Source: Octopus bimaculoides (lineage: Eukaryota). From it: DNA of 64,000 nt. The notes beneath the pieces were generated by a model. That model was not told where the DNA came from, did no database searches, and worked only from the letters and a program-made list of their open reading frames with translations. This document shows positions 52,768 to 62,200 of this stretch, in pieces; position 1 is the first letter of the stretch, and each line of letters opens with the position of its first letter. The position numbers and the translations under genes were made by a program. The stretch is taken from assembly GCF_001194135.2 (NCBI RefSeq), contig NC_068989.1, positions 67,387,946 to 67,451,945 on the forward strand. The letters run 5' to 3'.

Positions 52768-54918
52768 TAGTGTCCCAAAATTAAGGCAACCAGGTTTTTT
52801 CCATTTTTCCAGAGCAAAATGTTATATTTCTGGTCCAATGGCTGTCACAGCTGCCCAAACCATAACTGATTGTGGATTTTGACATTGATTTATCAGTCTA
52901 CTCTTGATGGAGCTAGACACACTCCAAAGTTGGTCATTCCGGTGATTTACTGTCTGTTCGATGTCAAGTTGTCAGTTTTTCATCAGTGAACAACAGGTTG
53001 GGCAGCATGCCTTCAACCATCTGATGCAGGATAAGATGACTTCTCTCCAGTATCATGGTCTTATGAACTTGTGTGTCATGACAGTGGATCATCTTGTGAG
53101 GGTGGGTCCTGAGATCCTCCTTCAGCACATGGTATATCGATGTTCGGCTTATTTTTGCTGTGGAAGCCAGTTTTCTGATGGAATGATAAGAATTTTGCCA
53201 TATCTTTTCTCTGATACTTTTGATAAACTGAGGGGTCCACACACTTCTTTTTTGTTCATGTCCAGGTTGATCAGCAGTGGAATCAGTCTCTTAAAATTTC
53301 TTGACAATTTTTCAGACTGCTGCTTGGTTAATTTTAAACTTTTTTTGCTATAGCTGTATTACTTTCACTTCCTTTGTGGAAGGTTATGATTGTATTTTGG
53401 TCTATAGCCATTATCTAATCTATAAATCTAAATTTATTTAGTCTGAAACAAAAAGAAGACACACTAAGCTTTTATAATGTTGTATATTTTTCATATCCTA
53501 TCACATTTATTGATAGTTATTAAAGCCCATAACTTTGGTTGCCTTAATTCCTGGACACCCTGTATTTACATGAATTCTTACAAAAATATAATGTCTCTCA
53601 TTTATATTATGGCATACTTGCTTCAATTACTGTACAACTTTCCCATTTGCTGTATTTTTCAATGTGATTTAGATGAAGTTACTATAATCTTCTGTCTTCT
53701 TAGTATTGCTCCAGTTGACATCATTGTTCAGGTGTTTCTGTCCATGATGTTTTTTATACAGCATTTGAATGTCCAAAAGAGCAAGTATTGTTTTACTTGG
53801 GACCATTGCTTTTATCAGTCGTGGGCCAGGTTTCACTTGCAGAAAGCAGCAGACCAACATATCAAAACATTGTGAATAAACCTTCTTAACAATTATGCAT
53901 GTACTCGAGTTGCTCAGAATATGGGATAGTTCACAGATTTGCTTCCAGGAAGACCAAATTTTTGTTGCTGTGGCACCAGAACAACCTGCCTTTATACAGC
54001 TATTTTCTTCAGTTGCAGTACTTATGGAAGTATATTTTTGATGGAAGTTTTGGGTTTAGTTTATTCTTTGAACCAGCATGTCATTTGTGAACCAAATATA
54101 TGCAGTTTTGACAACAGACAATTTCTTCTGACTCTTATTGTAACAGGCATCACATAACTAGTTATGAGCTTGATGTATGGCATGAAGCTCAGCAGAGGAT
54201 TTAGATTTTGATTTTTCAGGTCATCCATTCATGCAGTATCTTTCATACTTTGTACTAATGGTTTCAGCTGTTAGAATTAGGGGAATTTTCGGGTTGTTAG
54301 GTTTTTTAAAATTTTTATGCTAAACCTATTTTCTGTCTTTAAAGTTTGGATTTCTAGTGCCTTGACAAAAGATTTGCTGCAGAAGTTCAAACAATGAGAG
54401 AAACATTTAAAAATAAATGCTTTGGGTTATTTTATTCCTTTGGTTTCATATTAATTTTTTATGATCAGACTTAAGCCCCAAATATTTAAGCAGAGATAGA
54501 GATGAAATCCACTTTTTATGAGTTGATTTATACTCTGATTTTGGTCACACATTTACAATATTGAGGCATATTCCAAAAGACTGTTAGAGTTTCATTTAGA
54601 AAATGTAATTAGTTTAGCTCTGACTTATAATAGTGTTTAAATTGAAACAACATTAAGACCGACTTCCTGTGATGTTTGTGGTTATTGATATGAGCTGAAT
54701 TACGATTACCTCCACAGATACTCTTTTACTGGTTTATGACCATGCTTGTATAGTTGATCATACCAATCCCAGTACTTATTTTATTGATTCCTAATTGTTG
54801 GATTGCAAGGTTACTGGACTTAAACGATCATAAAGAGATGTAAAGGAAAAATGAATCACTCTTATACATGTTGAGTACTTTTATGTCTGATTAGTCTGCT
54901 TAATTTCTGGACTCAGGT

Positions 54919-54980
<62 letters not shown>

Positions 54981-56549
54981 AACAAACAATGGAATTCTTT
55001 ACAGTTTACATTTGCCAAAATTCCCTCATGATGTATTGGTCAACATGAAGTTAAAGAAGTCACTTACCCAAGGTACTGTGTAGTAGATTTGAACCAAGAA
55101 CCATGTAGTTGCAAAGCAAACATTTTACCACATAGTCATGCATGCCTTTGCTTAGGTATAAAATTTTCACAGAAATTATTAATTTCAAAATCCATTTAAT
55201 ATTTCCTAGTGTCAAATTTGTTGTTTGAAACATTAGAAAATAATTATTTTCTGTATCTTTTGCTTTGTTTTTCATATGGTTTCTACTTTTGCTTTCTCAT
55301 CCACAGAGGTGCTGATGATGTTCTTCCGAAATGGTACAAATTTGATGATGGCGATGTCACCGAATGTAAAATGGATGATGATGAGGTAAACTTTTATTTT
55401 GATATCCTAAATTGCATTTTCGCTTCAGTTTTTCAGTTTTTTTTTTTATGTTAGTAATAACTGCAGGGATGAATGAATAAGAGAACTCCACAGGTTTATA
55501 CAAATATGTTTAGTACTTGAATGAATGATGTGTAGACTACTTTGTCATCAACTAGTTAATTACTGTATGCAAGTAGAATAGTGTGGCACTAACTGAAGTG
55601 TAAATATCTATATATCTAGATTCATGCAGTTAGCATTATAAAAAGTGTAACTGTTATTAGATAAGGAAACCTTGAATATTACAACATTGCATTTGAAAAA
55701 AGTGGATTGAAAGAAAAAAAAAAATTTTTTTTTTACCTAAACTAGAACAGTAATAGAACATAGATAGAAAATATTAGATCTTTACAAAAACATAGAATAG
55801 AACGTAAAAATTTCTTGGCCATAATTAAAATGAAAAACATACTTCCCATTCAGCATATGCAATACAGATTGTTTAACAAAATAATGTCGAGGTCAGTTAC
55901 AATTGTACATCTTAACGCCATCATCATCATTGACATCATTATTTTAACATATTTCCATGCATTTGTGGATTGGATGAGATTTGTTGAGGCACATCTCCTT
56001 CCTATTGCCAACCCTCATCTGTTTCAAAGTAAGGTAATATTTCTCTTTGGCCCGATATGTTTTTATGGACGAAAATGAATGACATTGCTTGTGTGACAGT
56101 GACACCCACTTACAACCATCATGTGATGTCAGCATAAGGACACACACACACACACATACATTAACTGAACAATAATAATGTATAAACTTTGATGGGCCAG
56201 CATGATCAACATTCAAGAAGCCAGGAAGTAAAGACAGTTTTATGAGTTGTTTTTCTCAATCATATCTCCAGCTTCAGAAATGAGGAAAAGTTAAAAACTT
56301 AAGCTTTACCTAAATATATTTGGCGTTGAAAGAACTATGGGTTGACCATATAGCCATCAAGTAGTCCATCATCAAACACAGCATACTGTGCACAAGTGGG
56401 ACAAGACAATATTAACTAAACACTGCATTTCATCCCAGATGCAAACAACAGGAAGATGATGATAATGATGATATTAGAAGCTGAACCTTCTGGAATTATA
56501 ACTCTGAGTTTCATGTTTCTGGTCGTTAAGATTTCTTTTATAAAGCACA

Positions 56550-56603
<54 letters not shown>

Positions 56604-59165
56604 TTAACAGGGAACACTACTAAAGTAACTTGTGCTACACAACAGAATGGTTGCGACAGGCTTCTGCCATGTTGTCATTTTACAACCTGATACCTTAACC
56701 TCACAAATAATAGATCTTCATTTACATTAAAAATTATATTAGGATTTTGAATAGGTTCATATTTCACTGATAGAATACCTTTATAAATTTTCTAAGATTT
56801 ACTGCTTTATTTTCATTGGCCTGCTTTAATCATTATTACACTTTTGATACCGAAACCACTTGAGACTACTCCTGGTCCTTTGAGACATATTTCTTGTTTT
56901 AAAGGGATCTAAATTAAAACTTCTTATCAAAATTTCCTGTTAATATACATTCCAACACCAATATAATAATGACAAAGTTATTTTTATTAATCTCTTCATT
57001 ATTTTCAAAAGTTATTGAATCAAATGCAGTGTATTTCAGTTGAAATCATCATCATCATCATCATCGTTTAACATCCGCTTTCCATGCTAGCATGGGTTGG
57101 ACGATTTGACTGAGGACTGGTGAAACCAGATGGCTGCACCAGGCTCCAATCTGATTCGGCAGAGTTTCTACAGCTGGATGCCCTTCCTAACGCCAACCAC
57201 TCCGAGAGTGTAGTAGGTGCTTTTACGTGCCACCTGCACGAAGGCCAGTCAGGTGGTACTGGCAACGGGCATGCTCAAAATGGTGTATTTTATGTGCCAC
57301 CCGCACAAGAGCCAGTCATGGGGCACTGGCAACGATCTTGCTTGAAAATCCTTACACANNNNNNNNNNNNNNNNNNNNNNNNNNNNNNNNNNNNNNNNNN
57401 NNNNNNNNNNNNNNNNNNNNNNNNNNNNNNNNNNNNNNNNNNNNNNNNNNNNNNNNNNNNNNNNNNNNNNNNNNNNNNNNNNNNNNNNNNNNNNNNNNNN
57501 NNNNNNNNNNNNNNNNNNNNNNNNNNNNNNNNNNNNNNNNNNNNNNNNNNNNNNNNNNNNNNNNNNNNNNNNNNNNNNNNNNNNNNNNNNNNNNNNNNNN
57601 NNNNNNNNNNNNNNNNNNNNNNNNNNNNNNNNNNNNNNNNNNNNNNNNNNNNNNNNNNNNNNNNNNNNNNNNNNNNNNNNNNNNNNNNNNNNNNNNNNNN
57701 NNNNNNNNNNNNNNNNNNNNNNNNNNNNNNNNNNNNNNNNNNNNNNNNNNNNNNNNNNNNNNNNNNNNNNNNNNNNNNNNNNNNNNNNNNNNNNNNNNNN
57801 NNNNNNNNNNNNNNNNNNNNNNNNNNNNNNNNNNNNNNNNNNNNNNNNNNNNNNNNNNNNNNNNNNNNNNNNNNNNNNNNNNNNNNNNNNNNNNNNNNNN
57901 NNNNNNNNNNNNNNNNNNNNNNNNNNNNNNNNNNNNNNNNNNNNNNNNNNNNNNNNNNNNNNNNNNNNNNNNNNNNNNNNNNNNNNNNNNNNNNNNNNNN
58001 NNNNNNNNNNNNNNNNNNNNNNNNNNNNNNNNNNNNNNNNNNNNNNNNNNNNNNNNNNNNNNNNNNNNNNNNNNNNNNNNNNNNNNNNNNNNNNNNNNNN
58101 NNNNNNNNNNNNNNNNNNNNNNNNNNNNNNNNNNNNNNNNNNNNNNNNNNNNNNNNNNNNNNNNNNNNNNNNNNNNNNNNNNNNNNNNNNNNNNGTACTG
58201 GACCAAATATTCAGGAAACTTAAAACTTAAAGTGGCCTGGATTTCTGGATTCTTTTGTTTTCTGGAGACAGTTTAAATATATACTTAAATTATAAAAAGT
58301 AAAGAACTAAATTGTATTTAACAAATTCAAATTAATGCACTTCTAAAGCAGGATCTGTTTGTTATTAACCCACTTAAAATGTGTCATACTGCACAGTAAA
58401 ATATTTATAGGATGAAAATTAAGTGAAGAAAAGGAGAGAAAACTATTTTGTTTAACAGACACAGGTACAAATTGTTACACTTTTGAAGAAGTGTATGTTT
58501 AATCTTTATCAATCCACTTAACAAAAATAAAGGACAAAACGATATTTTAACGCACTGTATTCAGATTAACCAACTTTAAAGTACAGGATATTGTGCACAT
58601 TATTACTAGATTTCTGGAAGCCAGTTAAGAGGCCAGTTACTGTATAAAAATGAATTGAATGTAATTTTTGTTCAATATGGAAGTCGTATTATAATTTTAA
58701 ATTAAAAAAACAGTTTTTTTTCTTTTTCAATTTATCAAATTTTAATATCTTGGTAATGTCATAGTGCTCTTTTCTATCTTTCATTTCTTTTTTATAATTT
58801 GAACTTAATTTTATCCTGTTGCTATAGGATGTCTTACAGGCGACAGAAGCGATGGTGGAATGCCTATATATTGTTCTATGAACGAATAGAACCTCAAGTT
58901 GACTTAGCCGAGGTCTCAAAACGAGTACTAGACCTTACAAGTAAGATTCAGTTTTCAATCATGCATCATTGAAAGATTTTTTATTTTTCTCTTGTTTCAT
59001 ACATCTTCAGTGTCCATAAATTCTAAACAGTAATTTATTACTATAGGCACAGGCATAGCTGTGTGGTAAGGCGTTTTCTCCCAAGCCACATGGTCCTTGG
59101 TTCAGTCCCTTTACATGGACCAAAGCCTTGCGGGCGGATTTAGTTGATGGAAACTGTTTAGAGGC

Positions 59166-59264
<99 letters not shown>

Positions 59265-62200
59265 GCTTTTTAAAGAATTAAAATTGTTATGCCCAAGTAC
59301 AATATGATTCAAATATATATGCAATGTATATGTTTGGACATTTAATATAAAAATTCTAATTTTCAGACCTCTGTTCCAAACTTTTGGCTACAGCTGTATA
59401 TACAATCACACAGAAAATCCTAGGACATGGATACACAATCAAGTTTATGCAATCACAGAACTATACACAAAGGTATTAGGTATTGCATACCTTACTCAAG
59501 GAGTAAGAAGTTAGGACAAATCTAAGAACCTTTTACATAAGCACTTGAGGCAGTCCTCAGTTGTGCATTGATTGTACATAGGGATAACAAAAAATATTAA
59601 ATAATAGAAATTTCATTCTTTTTTAATTAAAGAGGACAAAAAATTTTTTTTTCTCAAAAATTTAACACCCAAACTTTTAAAATAATTTTAAAATAAAGTA
59701 ACATTTTCATTTGCAAAAAATTAAACTTGAAGCAATTTGCTTTTCAATGGTGTATGTGTATATGCATTTAATATACTACACAGATAGTAATTTTAACTTA
59801 ATGCTCTTTCAGATGGATTATTCACTGTTTCCTGTACATATAAAACTGTTTTTAACACATGTCCATAGAGAAATTTTCTCTCTCAGAAAAATACTGCAGC
59901 ACCATTTCTTTCAACGGTTTATATACATTTAGTATGATATATAGGTGGCAGCTTTAAATTAAAGCAGTCAATGTATACCTATTAGTATATTTTAGTAAAT
60001 CATCTTAAGTAACTTCCAGATTAATAAAAATCTTTTATGAATGACTTCCTTTCAGTTTCAAGGCAAGAGAGGTTAAAGATGCCTGCTGCAATTGAGCGCT
60101 GCGTTCGGCGGCAAAACATCCTTTTCATGCACGAGAAGAACCAATTTTCACCCGAATATTTTCAATTCATGAAAAAATTTCTCATGTGCAATGCTCCATT
60201 TTTATCTATCCCTTGTCCACAGGATAGGCTGGTGAGATATAAAAAAGTTTTTTTTTTTTTTTTTGTTCCCCCCCACCATTTACTTGGCACAGTCTTTGGT
60301 TATGTCACCTCTTGTCAAACCATCCAACCTATGCCAGCATGGAAAATGGATGTTAAATGATGATTGGGGAAGCTTCAGTAATAAGGCACTAGACTAGATC
60401 ATCATCATCATCGTTTAACGTCCGCTTTCCATGCTAGCATGGGTTGGACGATTTGACTGAGGACTGGTGAACCAGGTGGTTACACCAGACTCCAATCTGA
60501 TTTGGCAGAGTTTCTACAACTGGATGCCCTTCCTAACGTCAACCACTTCGAGAGTGTAGTGGGTGCTTTTACGTGCCACCGGCACGAAGGCCAGTCAGGC
60601 AGTACTGGCAATGGCCATGCTCAAAATGGTGTCTTTTACGTGCCACCTGCACGGGAGCCAGTCCAGTGGCACTGGCAACGATCTTGCTCGAATGTCCTTA
60701 CACGTGCCACCGGCACAAGTGCCAGAGCACTGGTGCCATCATGGGTGTTTCTGAGATTAATTAAAAACAAAAAGTTACCAGAAATATGTGATTCATCCAC
60801 AAAAGTGGCTTTCTGCTTAATTTAAAAACAAAAGTTTCTATTATATTGCTAAATTTAAAGAATTTATTTAAACAAATTGTTGAAGTTCCAAGTATTTGAT
60901 CTATAAACAACATTGTCATATAATCATAATTATCCATGCCCCACACATGTTTTTAGAATAGGTACACTGTGTTCCTGCATGTCATTAGATGTGACTAAAA
61001 GAGCTGGCATCAGAAATTGCATCTGGCCATAAAACATTACGTCTCTGAAAGTCCTGTCTCACATTTATCATCGTGGAAATATGGATTAAAATAAATGATG
61101 TGATGTGATTTAAAAAAAAAAAAAAAGCTCTTCCTTATCACTGTTAACATTTTTAGTATTTCATAGATATATATTTTGTCAAATATTTGTTTCTGTAACT
61201 TTTTCCAATGTTTAGTTCAAAATTTCTCGAGTAGTTTGTAGTTCTACACTCCTGTTCCTTGTTTTGAAGTAACTTGAGTGAATTAAAGAAGTCAGTTAAA
61301 CCAGAACCATTAACAGTGTGGCTTGTAAAGATTTCTTTCTTCCTCTTTCATTAAAATTAATTAGAATATTTACAATATTATTTAAAGGGGCCACTTGTTA
61401 CAGCATTAGCTATTTGTTTTCTAAAGTAGCAATTTTCAGTTGCTCTTTTAATGTTCTTAGTTGACAAAAATTGATATTAACTTATTGCTAGACATTTAAT
61501 ATCAAGTGGGTTTTTGTTTTCTTTTTTTGTTTAAATATTAATACTGAATTCTTTTTTTAAAGCCTGCTGATGCTGAACAAATGGCCTTAATCAGTGTTGA
61601 GCTGGGATCAAAATTTTTATTCACTGTTGGTTTTCATACCAAGAAGTCTTTACGGTGAGAACTTTTAAATGTATCATGTATTACTGAATTAGTCTATAAA
61701 GTAAGTTATTGATTATTCATAGACTTGAACTTTCAATACATTATGGTTTTACTTTATGAAAGAAAATATTTTTTTGCCATATCGTAGGCACGTATGACTG
61801 TGTGGTAACAAGCTTGTTCCTTTATCACATGGTTCCAGGTTCAGTCCCACTGTGTGGCACCTTGGGCAAGTGTCTTCTATTATAGCCTCAGGCTGACCAA
61901 AGACTTGTGAGTGGATTTGATAGACGGAAACTGAAAGAAACCCGTTGTGTATATCTGAATTTTTTTTGTTTGTTTCTTCCACTCCACCTCTTGACAACTG
62001 GTTTTGGTGTGCTTACGTCCCCATAATCTAGCAGTTTGGCAAAAGAGACTGAGAGAATGAATACCAGGCTTTTAAACAAAAAAAAAAAAAGCCCTGGGGT
62101 CGATTTGTTCAACTAAAACTCTTCAGTTGATGGAGGCTAAAAGAAACATTTTATATGTGTGTATGTATGTATGTGTTTGTGTCTCCTTGTCTCAGCATTG

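Noticed and set aside
59373-59400. Tc1-like TIR (reverse complement TACAGCTGTAGCCAAAAGTTTGGAAC)
   Set aside because: No partner TIR or transposase remnant found.
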